From Trichoplax adhaerens (taxonomy: Eukaryota > Animalia > Placozoa): 64,000 nucleotides of DNA. The notes under the pieces are model-generated. The model saw only the letters and a list, made by a program, of their open reading frames with translations. It searched no databases and was not told where the DNA came from. The position numbers and the translations under genes were made by a program. Shown piece after piece: positions 38,541-51,929 of the stretch. The stretch covers positions 19,669 through 83,668 of the forward strand of contig NW_002060963.1 in the NCBI RefSeq assembly GCF_000150275.1. Reading direction: 5' to 3'. How positions within the stretch are numbered: position 1 is the stretch's first letter; each line of letters opens with the position of its first letter.

Positions 38541-40433
38541 TTGATTCAGGTTGCATAGTTACGGTACTCTTGTTTTTTTTTCTTCTACCCTCCTCCCTAT
38601 GATCATGGAGCGTTGAATCTTCTTCATCTGCCTTCCTGGATACTACTGTTGTAAAGCTGAATAGAAATGACTTTAGCAAGCAATAACTACTAATATGCTT
38701 ACTAATTTATTAACTAATCAGTTGGGGCCGATCGATAGGACCAACCTCGCTTTAAATATCCCATTCGATATTCGATATTAGCGCACAGTATTACTGAACA
38801 GTACTGGATTCAGTTGTCGTGATTGAAGTAGCCCAATATAGTTATTACAACATTCAATATCAAAAGGCAGCAAAAACTACAGCCTATTGTGCAATAACAG
38901 CGTAAAGTACAGTATATGGAGGAGCCGCTCGATTTACTCATTTCTTCATATGAGATATTGCAGTGGGTTCTGTATACTGTATTTGCACATTGGGTATACT
39001 TTACACGCACTTACAGGTGTACAATGGCGACCTGTACAGTCATTAATCATGAAAAGAAATGAATGGATAAACTAAAACCAGTCAAAAAAAGTGATTAGGT
39101 ATTATTATTTTTTGTCGAAAAATTGAATAACTGCTTAATCATCGCGTTACAATATATCGTATGTAAGACTTTCATATTCATGCGCTGCTTTCAGTATTTG
39201 TCATCTTTATTGATGACCAACGAGTTCGGTTACCAAATACCCGTCCAGTTCATGAATAAGAATAAAATATCATTTTTATATCATTCAATTAGAAACGTAT
39301 AGTAAATATATAGTGGATAATATTAATCAATTATAAATTAATTATCAATGGAGCTTAAGTATACTCCAACCTCGAAAATATCGACCATTTCTACATGATA
39401 TATCTAAATTAAAAATCCTCTGTACTCAACCATACATACGCGTACAGTAGTTCAGTCTAAAGCACATTTTAGCCTTATTAGGTTTCCATAGACCATAGAT
39501 AACACGTATACCCGGTCAAACCCCAAATATTAGTCTAAATCGTCCATACTAATAATAAAATATTGTTCTAGTCTTCAAGAAACCTATTTTTAACTAAAAA
39601 AATTTCAAGCACACCTTATCAAGGGAGTTTGAAAAAAATAGGTGCTAATCTTGGAATATCGATCATTTCAAGGTTCTGTGTTTATGCAATTTATTTAAGC
39701 CCAATCTGAAATGTTGTTTATTCCATTCCAATATACTACCGGCAACAATCTATTGTCGCCAAAAACATTTGAAAATAAGATTGGTTATACCGAGCATAAA
39801 GACAATATGGATATTTTCATCGAGATGGAGTAAAGTTGAGGTAGAAGCACATTCTTATATGATTTAATGTGTTTATTGGATACTTTTCAAGTTTAGATTA
39901 GATATACTTAAAAGTGTTTGCAACATTATACGATATAATAGTGCTAACTTAAAAACACTATAAAGTAAAGACTTTCAAACTGTAATAACTGATCAATATT
40001 TATAAGGTAGAAGTTATAGTGTTACTGTATTACGACATAGAACATGATGGATCGAGTTTCCACCATAATTTTGATCGTAAAGTGACGGTAAATCGTCTAG
40101 TCATGGCACAGTATAATACTATACTGCTACTCGATGCGAAAGAATCACATTTTCTTCATAAATAACATATTAAAAATTGATTATAGCTAAAAAAAAATGA
40201 CAAGAGACGATTTGTATCATATCCTAATGAACACGATATTATCGACTATATTTGATCACAGCTTGTACTTAAGCATCAATTTATAATATTACTACAATAT
40301 ATGTAAAGTTATAATTATAAAGATATTCATAACCATATTCTTACACGTCTATAAATTAATTAAATAGCAATAGCTTGAAGTACATACGCAAAATTAATCA
40401 TCCAATGCCAATAATTTAGCCCTAGATAGAGAA

Positions 40434-40488
40434 TGTAATGGTGTACCATCATTTGTTGTAATGGTGTACCATCATTTGTTGAAATGGT
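40434..40488 (+). repeat. 23-bp tandem duplication
   Basis: tgtaatggtgtaccatcatttgt twice plus a partial third copy. Confidence 0.9.
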
Positions 40489-41520
40489 TGATCAAATTGT
40501 GTAGATACTCATTCTTCTACACATGATAATTAATTAATCATACCATAGGCCCCAATAGTAGATAGTATAACTTTAAAATAAGTAAGATTGACAGAGTAAA
40601 ATTGCATAATTAAAGATTTGTTATTAAAGCCACGAAATAGGATTATCACCCATGACTGATTACATGCGTAGAAGTAAGCAATTTTAAGAGAATGGATATA
40701 AGTCGATATAGACCGCCTATTGTTAATACATAGTTACCTAAGATTGTATGAGAATAGTTTAACTTATATGTTAGACAATAAGATAATTGTTTATAAATCG
40801 TGAATTTAGCAGAGTAATTTAGATAGTCTAATTACAGCTAGATAGTACTTGGTTGTTGTAAGACCAGTCTAATTTGTGTAATAAAGTGTAGTTTACAAGA
40901 AATTGTAGTTCTTGTTTTATTTTTTTGAAGACACTTTATCATATACTACTAGCCTGTAATATATTAAGTCTCTACTTAGTTGGTGACTAAAATCACATAA
41001 TTAAGGCAAGATATTATGAATAGGTAGGATACATCCTCATTAGGACTACTTTATCATTAAAATACATCTTATATATGCCATATCTGCATATTAAACACAC
41101 ATTCATATTGAGAGAGATAGAAAGAGTTTTACACATAGACATATAGATCCAGACACGCATCTATGCTGTATACACTACAAGAATTTTTAACTTGTAGAAT
41201 AGATATAATAACGCCCAAATAATTGAGGAGAAAAATTATTTTTATTGCACTATGTATAATATAAATTCTATCCATTCTACCATTAGTATACATGCAATCG
41301 TAAAAACCTAGTAGTAATTGATTATTATTTTACTTAAGGCCCACATTGGGCTTATATGAACATTAGCTCATACTCTTTATAATTATAAGACATATCATAG
41401 AAAGAAAAATACGCCTCATAACTATACAGTAATTTGCCGTCATTTATGACTTGACAGTTGAGAAAAATTGCAGATTTTTACTAATTAATTTCTGCCTGGG
41501 TAAAAGACTGAGAATGAGTA

Positions 41521-42342
41521 TTACACATTTGTAACATTTATCTCAGTAGAATTTTGGTGGTTATGTGTAGACGTTAAATCGCTGTCGGTTTTATCTTTAG
41601 GTTTATGCCAACGACGATGAGATGCTAAGTTAGCTGGGCAATTAAATACTTTCCCACATTCGGGACATTTGTGTTGAACATGCACAATTTTAGGACATTT
41701 ATGCTGAGCCAAACCTAACGGATTTGGAAATGTATTCTTACATAGTTGACATATGTATTCGTTGGGGATACTAGAACTTTTTTTACTAATACAACTATCA
41801 GCGTTCGATTGGACGGTAATATCACTATCCGTAGGACTACTGCTACGGCATTTTCGGAACTGGTGCTCAAATTCTTCTTTTGGACAACTTGGATAGACAG
41901 CATTAGGTGATTCAATTTTAGAGGACAATTTTTCAAACTTTTGACTTGTTGGGAATGAAGTAGAGACAGGCGAGATTGTTTTCTCGCATGTATTCATTGG
42001 TAAAATAGACGAAAATTGGCCAAGATTGTGTAAAAAGGCATTGTCCAATTGAAGTTTAAGAGCTTGCTGCTGATTTGCCATCATAGCGGCGGCAGCTGCA
42101 GCAGCAGCGGTAGCGGCATGATGTTGCAATGGATATGCAGATGATCTATAAAGTGGACTATCTAGTAAAGGCATCATACCTAGCCCTGATGGTGAAAGCA
42201 TAGGATAATTATATTCTGGATAGGTATTGTTGAATAAAGCAGCTTTACTTGGATTTTCATACATATAGTTGTTAACATATGGAACCGATTTGAAAGGATG
42301 ATATAAATAAGGTCGATCTTTCATTACATAGACTTTCGGCAT
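41521..42342 (-). CDS. INSM1: Insulinoma-associated (INSM/IA-1/Nerfin/EGL-46) zinc-finger transcription factor, 273 aa, intronless
   Basis: SNAG-like N-terminus MPKVYVMK, a poly-Ala tract, and the family-diagnostic YICQLCK...[38 protein letters not shown]. The ATG at 42342 is preferred over the TTG in the ORF track. Confidence 0.92.
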   Translation of the reverse strand: MPKVYVMKDRPYLYHPFKSVPYVNNYMYENPSKAALFNNTYPEYNYPMLSPSGLGMMPLLDSPLYRSSAYPLQHHAATAAAAAAAAMMANQQQALKLQLDNAFLHNLGQFSSILPMNTCEKTISPVSTSFPTSQKFEKLSSKIESPNAVYPSCPKEEFEHQFRKCRSSSPTDSDITVQSNADSCISKKSSSIPNEYICQLCKNTFPNPLGLAQHKCPKIVHVQHKCPECGKVFNCPANLASHRRWHKPKDKTDSDLTSTHNHQNSTEINVTNV

Positions 42343-45300
42343 CTTTTCTTTTCTTTTTCGTCGGTTTTTTGTAAATGGACAAAAAAATTGATTCGTAGTA
42401 CGTTCACTATACGTGAATGAAACAAGTAAACGTAGATTACAGTAACAATAACTTGATATCAAGGGGTTAATATAGCGCCCAACCAGTTCCTGTGCTAGCT
42501 ATTTTTCTTTTCTTTTCTAATCACAAGCTGCGGATGTCGAAAAGAGATGCAATGCGGGAGGAAAATAAAAAAAGAAAAAAATTGAATATGAACATTAATT
42601 GACCTTTGCACTAACAGATACTATGATCTCCTTTCCTCTCTTATTTCAATATTTTGTTGGTTTTACATAGATAACACGAGGAAGAGATTATCAATACCAT
42701 CATCATTATGGCCTATAAAAAATTCACGCTTCCAGTGTATGCTATCTCTTAGATATAATTATTCGCGGTAAGGTAGGATAAGAATAAGTAACTGGTCTAG
42801 TTAAAATAACTGATATATCTACACAGCTAATTAAGTTTCCACCTATTTCGGTTAATAAATATTCAATTATTGACCTACCTCGCTAATTTTGAACGATCTT
42901 GATGAGGATAGACTTCCGTAGAACAGTAATAAATCAACTATTCTGTTAAAAGAGAAAATAAGAAAAAATGAATTGTTAAAAGTAAGTGATACATTCTTCT
43001 TTAGAAAGACCTGGCGACAAATTTAGAATTTTACATTAAATTGGTATTGGCTTTTTCCAAAAAAGATTTCTCTATTTTCTTTCTTATGTATTGTCGCCCC
43101 CGCCCATTAAAAATAATAATAGTTACACCGACAAGATTGGCAATTTTTATGACTACATTGATAGTAAACGCATGATTGAATTTCCATTTGAATAGGTCTA
43201 CCATAACAACAATAGCTACAGCAGAAAATTTTCTTTTTATTTCATGCTATTCAATAATTGTGTCACGCTTGATAATTTTAAAATATTACCTTGAAATTAA
43301 AACGTTGGGTTTTTTGTTACTATTGTCAGGCTGATATTACTCATTACTAATTTTCGCTTTCGTCAGCTTAATTGTGATAGAAATGAATTCTCTTTTTCTA
43401 TCCATCTTCATCTATTGCATTTTACCTAATTTTTTTATCTATGTAAAGCCAACACTAGTCCGTTATTTGGATAAAACTATCAATTTTTACTACAAGAGGG
43501 TGATGATTCTATTAATAAGATGCTGTGATTTATACTAATCTCTCGACAAAATGTTAATTTCTTTCTTTTATAGGTCGTTTCGTAACTAGCGATTACATAA
43601 ATTAATTATTTCTTAAATTTAAAATTTAAGCTACAGTATTCCATATTAGTAGAAGAATCCAATTCGTTGAACCTGAATTTCAATCACGGTAATGCTATCA
43701 AGGATAGAATTACGATACATCGAAATTAAGATTGTGGGTATGCTTAGGTGGATTATTATAAAATATTATAGAAATATTCTAACCTTTGGATTATAATATA
43801 AATTAAGTGTGAATTTATACTGTATTAACTAGAAATTGAGATAGTACATCAACAGCCTCTCATTAAATTTGTAATCGTTGATAGCAATGCCTGCAATATG
43901 GGATACGGCACCGGTATATTTTTTACTTAAACAAGTTTATAAAACACCTTATCTTCCCTTACCTTTCAGTGTGAGTGATATTAACAAAATCCAGTTTAAT
44001 AAGAATTTTCAATTTGATTTTTTCCCAGTTTATCTGTAACAGTAGTTGAAATATCGAGAAAATCAATTGAAATGCTTAATAATAACCATGAAAATAAGAA
44101 TTTCATTAAATTTAATTATAAGGTAGCGACTGAAATATATAGCAAGAATTAAAAGAAAAATTAAATAACTAGAAGCTAGTTAGTAATAAGTAGTAGAATA
44201 AGTTAGAAATAGAGAATTTCTATTCTTGCAAACGTTAAGGAAAAAAAAATTGACCCAGACCTAGTCAATCGAACTGGAGTAGAATCTAATCTGTCGCTGA
44301 AGGATGCAAGACGCAACTGATCGAAAAATAGCGAAGAAGGAGTTTATTAAATGATATTGCTATTGATGATTAGTGTGACTGGATATCATCATTCGTATTG
44401 TTATGGTGACGATGATGCCTGTAATTATAACGAAATCAAAAAGAAAGAGAAAAATGCGCGAGATATCCTATAGAAGGAAATCAGATCTACCAGGTGGGAG
44501 AAATTCTTTACATTAAATTGTGTTTTCCATAAGTTGAGCATTACTTTGTGATTATTTCTCTCCGCCTACTTGTTATTGTTATTTTTCCATTTGGTCCTAA
44601 TTGTGCAATACCTTTACCAAATTTATTCTAATCATGACATGCTATAGAGGAGTTGCGTTTTAATAGATGAAGTTTGCTTAGAAATAAATCAATTCTAAAC
44701 AATACCAACTGACGATAGTAAAAAAAATATGTTGAAAAGACTAGAATAATAGTAGGTGACGAGTTGAGAGAAGTATTGACACTAATTGAACTATAGGATG
44801 ACGACATTATTATTAGGGGAAATAAAAAAAAGGAAAAAATAGCTTTGGGATAAAAAAAATACGTATAGTTATTGTTGAAGTAAATACATGTCATAAATAA
44901 TGTAATAGAATCAAAATATTCGATTGAAGTCTACAATCTATATTTATAGTTTAATATACTCTATAAAGCTATATAGTAGATTGTGTAACAGTCAGTAACT
45001 CTTGCTATCGAATTTTGTAATAAAGTTGGCATATACGCTAATATTAAAATTCAATAATTTCAAAATTCTACTATTAAACAATATATGTACATTATAGACA
45101 TTGTGTGTCGACAAATATCTACATGGGTTGTATTATATTAGGTAGAGAATTATTTTATTATATGTATGTATGTATGTATATTGTATATTTTTACAAAGAA
45201 TGTGATGGAATCAAAATACTCGATTAAAAAATCCACAATTGAAATATTAATCTAAATTTTGACCAACAAAATGCGTGAGTTATGCCCACTCTAAGAGTAG

Positions 45301-48300
45301 TGTAATAGAATCAAATGCGTTTTATCGATTATTATGTTTTGTAGATATTTTAACCTTCAATACTGATAAATTTATTAAATGGAATATATTTAGATTTGTT
45401 CATGTTTTCGTCCTTGTTAAATTACATTGATGTTCATTGGAAGATGAAAAGAGTCAATTGATTTCTATAGGCGTTATACCACTTTGAATTTTTACCTAAC
45501 GTATACTTATTGTAGATTATATAATATTAAATTGATCATATCCAGCTCAATTTGGATATTATTCCTCTATCTACATGTCTATACTAATGAATAAATGTAA
45601 TTTAAGCACATCACATCATTAGGTAAGAAAGGGTAAGAAGCTGGAATACTACATTTGTATCTCACCAGTTTTTTTCTCTCTGTCTTTCAATAATATCAAT
45701 TATATGTATACATTTATACAACATAGATATGTAAGAATTCTTGGGAAATTTAAATTTTGATTAACCATATATTTTTAATTAATGATAATTGTCGTCGTCA
45801 TGCAAGCAAACAGTACCAGCTGGAATTAAAGCCTTTCACAGTATGATAGAATAATAGCTATTTTATTTATCCTGAAAAATAATATCATTAGGGTTATATT
45901 ATATATTTCTATCTATGACTGCCAGACTTATGCAACCAATCAGCCATAATATTATCATCATTATCATTTGGATACTGTCTCGACCGGAGACGTCCTTACG
46001 TTGGATAGAAAGGCACGATAATATAGTCATTCATATTCAACATCCGTCATATTTTACTCTTGCCGGCAAAGCATTATCTTCTTCCTCACGATAAATAATA
46101 AAATCCAATACAATCGATCTATCGCTATTTGTGTATTTATTTTTCCTTTCTTTAAGTTTACTCGCGATTTAAAATGTCTGCACATAATGTCTGAATAGTC
46201 TTAAAATAATATAGCGTCGCTATAACATTACCTGTACAGTATTTACTTTATGTTAGTTAGTTCGGTAATGTATAATATTTATTCTGATTTTAAAATTTCT
46301 ATTTTAAAGTCTACACTGGCATAGTATTGAACACAGCGGCTTAATGTAGCCATCGATTTACGTTAAATAAATTAAAATGGTCAATTCCACTATCCAGCTG
46401 TAACTGGTAAAATTATGGGATATCACTCTCCACGAAAGGTATCGTTGATGATATCTGTACCATTGACATACTTTTATATCTACACGGCTATAGTTTTTCA
46501 GGTTATACATGAAATATTTGCTAATTTACTATACTATACTCACTAATATTATTGTATTATTGTTATCAAAGATCATACAAATTCAGGTGATTTTTAGCAT
46601 TACTCATTAATAAGTGAAATAAGAGAAAAAATGTATCGAAAATGTCAAGATAATTGTTTTTTAAAGCTGAGATTTTATACCATAGACAACTAAAAGTTGA
46701 TGGCAATAGAAATAGAATAAAAAAATATTTTATTCACTGGAAATGTATACAACTCATTATTATCCATTCAAATTCTATTATAATTGCTAAGAGAAGCATA
46801 ATAAATAATTTAGTAAATGTCCATAAATGCTCATCAAATTAGATAACTAGGGAGTGATAGCACAGAATCAATTGTCAAAAAATAAAATTACTAACTGTAT
46901 ACTCCAAATATCAATAGATTGATAGCTTCAGTTGAGCAAGTACGCCTAAAATTGCTGGAAATATGATTTATTCTTGTATCAATATTGGTATAATGTATTT
47001 AGGACATAATGAAAATAAAATGATAGATCCTGTGATATTGGTTTGATTGACAATTGAGGTGGTGTTAAATTAAATTTATTTTTTCTCGTTTTTTATATAT
47101 CTAGTAAAAGCTAAGGATAAATATTATCATTCTTTATAGGATGTTGCTTGTCATGTGAGTACAATTAGAATTATAGTCAACCATGCTTGAAAAAAATTAG
47201 ATATGGTAAAATTTTATAATACATTTTATAAAAATAGAGCTGCTCAATAGATCAATCTATCCATGTCCGATAAGAAAGGAACCAAGGGGAGTGATGTACG
47301 TTGTAAAAATATGGAGAATTACGGATATCTAAGGGACAATTTCATCCAAGTAGAAGATGGTTTGATTTTTACTTTTTCCACGCATCAAATAGATCAGACG
47401 GTAATGATACTCAAGGGCTAAAAGAAGGTAGAAAATAGAGTAGTCCTAACGTGATACCAGTAAGTAGTCATTTTGTTTTAACTTGACGCTAAACAAATGA
47501 GAGACGTAAAAAATCTCTCCCACTCTCTACATATTAATAATTTCCGTGGTTAGAACAGATTGGGCTTGGTTAATGTTTTTTTCTTAATTATGATACGTAT
47601 TGATAGTAACGACTCGATAGATACCGGACCAAAATATAACTATTGTCGTTGACAACATTCCTGCATCGTACTAAATAATTGCAATTGTGTTGTTGGTATC
47701 CAAAGAAAATAAGATAAAGTCAAAAATAAATCATTTACTGATGTACTTTGGACTTATTAACGTCATGTTTTTCAACTTGACAATTGTACTCAGAAGAATA
47801 GAATATAACAATTAGCCATGTCGACTTTATTTTAATGTCTATGGACTGATTTGATAGAAAGTTAATGATGGCTATGTAACAAAATCATCCTGGCGGAAGA
47901 AGCGCTATTATCTTCTTATTCGTACAATGGCATGACCATCTAGAAGGTTAGTAAATGCCAAAGGATGTACCATACAAAGTAGAATCAGTTGTAAATGAAT
48001 TGGAGTAAAATAGATTGTAACGCTTTATCATTCATATTCTAATAACAACCAGGTAAAGGAGGTGTGGAGGATTTTCCTATTTACTTCTATTGAATTGAAC
48101 TTCAATCTCGCTCGGGATTATTTTACAAACTTTACCTTTAACTTTCTATTTTTTTTCACCTCTTTCCTGATTAATTGACATATCTATTATATTCGGTTGG
48201 AAACCATTGGCTAGTCTTCTTATTTTTTGAATATTAATTAAACGTATTAGCTGCTATTCTTTATTAGCATCTAACTGGAAATTTTTCAACTTTCTTACAG

Positions 48301-48511
48301 CTGAACTTGACGACGATGCTCGTACTATTGATTGAATCGATAATATCGACGTAATCAAGTAATTTACTTTTCTACACTAGATAGTATCCAAGTTTTCAAT
48401 ATTTGTGTTTTATTGGATGATAAATTACGTCTAATCGGTGTCATGGCTTTAGCGGATAGTAGAAGATGAGAAATAAACCATCCTATTTCCATTTCTTTCT
48501 AGATCATTCAA

Positions 48512-48811
48512 GTGGTGATTCGATTGGAAATGGTGATTGAGTTACTATTGAGGCATCAAGAATAGTATTTTTTAAGATTTTATTTTTTATTGCATGACAT
48601 TAAAATTGTTATGACGATTGAAGTCAAGAAGAGTTGATGTGGAACAAAATGGATCATCTCCGTGGTGATTCGATTGGAAATGGTGATTGAGTTACTATTG
48701 AGGCATCAAGAATAGTATTTTTTAAGATTTTATTTTTTATTGCATGACATTAAAATTGTTATGACGATTGAAGTCAAGAAGAGTTGATGTGGAACAAAAT
48801 GGATCATCTCC
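48512..48811 (+). repeat. Perfect 150-bp tandem duplication
   Basis: 48512-48661 is identical to 48662-48811. Confidence 0.95.
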
Positions 48812-51697
48812 GGTTTAACGATATTTTAAAAGTTGATGTTATTCATTTTTAGCCTGAATCTGTCATTGGATTCAATTGCTATTTCTACATCGAGAATAAA
48901 ATGTCAATATACTGTCGACATAGGCCGAGAAATTGTTAAGAATAGTTTTACTTTTCGACTTTGTCTATTAAAATGTTAATTTTCATTGTAGGATAGTATC
49001 CATACAATATGGAATGATTCGAATAATTAGTTAAACCATAGCTTAGCTTACTCCTTGATCACCTTGACATGACAAGTATTTAAATAGCTAAATAAAGAAT
49101 TATGCTATTTACATGGTTGGCTTGACTACTTCATTTCTCACCTAATTTAAACTGCGATTTTTTCACCATTCTAAATATTCCATTGGTCCACTGGTCATTC
49201 TTTCTTAGATTTAACGGAGACTTTGAGTCAATAAAAATCCATGACAACTTGCTAGGACAATGTAGATAGGCATTATTATTAGTATACAGTTAAAAAATTG
49301 AAAATGTTATTCTCATAGAATGGATTATTCCACATTTGTAAAATGGAAGATTTTGATTTAAGCTATTGATATCCTAAACGGCATAGTTGCCTTAAAAAGA
49401 ATAATAATGAAATATTCAAGCTACATCATCCATGGTTATATATTATATTTTACTGTCAAGGCGTTATTCTATGAGGTAAGAGATCAAGTCAGAACAGTGA
49501 TAGTAAAATGGACTGAAAACCAAAACGATGACATTTTCCTTCTTTACAATTGATCAATGCAATCTATTAGGATATTGTGCTAGTTGATACTGATTCAGTA
49601 GATGATATTGTCTACTGGATATAAAAGCCATAATTAAAATAATTTCACCACTATCGTTCAGAATTTCCAAGGCTGTTCAAAGGCTGTTGGTGCAATAACT
49701 GCATCATCCTAGGTAATATCGTCCTTGAAATAAACCCAACTATTTTGACTAAACAACAAGATGAACTATGTTGATACAGAAAAGCGTGATCTTAATCATC
49801 CATAACATTATGGCAATTTAATAGGTATTCCATAAAGACATAAAATTAATCAATATCGCCAATAAGACCCTTGATAAAAGAGATTGATTTTGAAAGGCGA
49901 CAAAAAATCTGCGCATCCTTTCTCTACAATAAAAATATAACGTATTAGCTATATTGTTCTAATCGACGAAAAGTATTCTTTTCTATCTGTTTATTCTGTC
50001 AAACAGTAATAGTAAACACATTTAGGAATTATTTCTATTGCGATCAATGGATTCAATTCGAATTGAAGAATTGAAATGGAGTTAAAAAGGTGTTGAATTA
50101 ACGCTTTTAGCTATAAATCGCGCTAGATTGTATTTTAATAGGTAAAAAATATGCAGAGTTCATTTTTTACTCTATTCTAAAGACATTGAATGGAGTGAAA
50201 TGGACGATCAAGTTGCAAAATTCAAAATTACATAGGAGTATGATGGTCAAGAGGATGGAACTATTTTATAGATGGATTCTGTAGGATATTGCTATGGAAA
50301 ATAGCGACCATCCAATGTTGTATTACCTCTCTATTGCGCTCCCATTACTGCATACTCCTTTACCACTTTCATCCTTTCAACTTTCTACGTCTACAATAAA
50401 TTGCCTATTTGCGCTTTCTTAGTGAATAAATGTCATCCTTTTATTGCCGTATTATTCCATATTGAAAAGTATTTTGATGGCGTATTATAGAAAGCATTCT
50501 TACTCAGTTGTTTTTTTACAGTAAAATGAGACTTTAAATGATGAATTCAATTTGAATTATTTTTTCTTATCCCCATATTTTCTTGAACAACTATTTCAAG
50601 AAATAAAATGATAATGAAAGAATCCTGACAGTAGTATTCCACTTTGACCAAAGCATTATCGACAGCTATTGAAGTTAATTTAGAATAGAATGAAATCGAG
50701 CCAAAAACAATATGAAATGTGGTTGATATTCTATTGAATCTGCTGCATCATTTTCAAAAATTAATATCGTATTAATTTATGTCGGTGGAATAAAATTAAG
50801 TCGTGTGATTCTTAACGTAATAAGGCATAATGAAACACTCTGATGACAAATTCTCTACTATATAGTAGATTACTAGATAATAAAATGTGTAATATTGCCA
50901 AGGAATTCTTTTTAGTAGAAAATAAATGAGTAGATCGGAAATGTTTAGTTCGATCAATATTACTCAGTAAATTAAAATCATAAAAACTACTAGCATCCCA
51001 TTGGGGAAATTAAGTGTTATTATAATCGTTGTGCTTTTTTTTCACCAAGGATTGCAGTTCAATTTTTGCAATAAGCCAGCATTGCATTTTCCTCTATCGT
51101 CAACTCAATAAATATGTTAGAATAACTAAATAGTCCTGCTCTATCATCATCGCCTAGAATCAATGTAGACAGAAAGAAATTAGAACGAGAAAAAGTGTAG
51201 AATGAATGTCCAAGCTTAATGTCTTTCTAATCATCTTATGATCGATTAAGCGTATGTAACTTGTAGGGATCATTCATAACTCCATTCTAAGCTGCAGTTA
51301 TCAAGACGTATCGAAAGAGAAAAGTAAAATAGCGAAGTATTGTCATTATGTACTTGTTTTAAACTTTCTATCTATTGAAATTTTTATTTTTTAAAGCGAT
51401 AAAAAAACTAATTATTGTTTGTTTAATTTCTAGTGGGCAGTTATTGAAGTCAAGGCGCGTTTGTATTGTGGATGAAATGAATATAAAGAATAGCAACAGC
51501 ATTTCTCGGAAAAAAATCCACTATAATAAGTAGATGGGTTGTTCTAACCGATCTCAGCCAATAATAAATTAAAATTTTTGAAACACAAATGGTTAGACAG
51601 GAAGGCTTCTCGGACTTGATAATACAGGTTAGATAGTAATTTTGAAGTAGAGTGATTTTTATGAGGATGGAGCTTTAATAAACTCTTCTATATTGAC

Positions 51698-51929
51698 TTG
51701 AAGTGGTACTAGGAATTGATTTTTGAAAATAGGAAATAATTAATTTATTGCAGCTTGAAGTGGAACAAAGTGTACATCGTCTATTAACGGTTATCAGACT
51801 GCCCTTTTGGTTGAAAATGGTACTAGGAATTGATTTTTGAAAATAGGAAATAATAAATTTAATGCAGTCTGAAAAGGAACAAAGGGTGCATCGTCTATTA
51901 ACGGTTATCAGACTGCACTTTTGGTTGAA
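51698..51929 (+). repeat. Diverged ~114-bp tandem duplication
   Basis: tggtactaggaattgattttt...catcgtctattaacggttatcagactgc at 51704 and 51818. Confidence 0.9.

Noticed and set aside
42343-42462. 40-aa N-terminal extension of INSM in the ORF track
   Set aside because: TTG start; SNAG motifs must be N-terminal, so the ATG at 42342 is the likely start.
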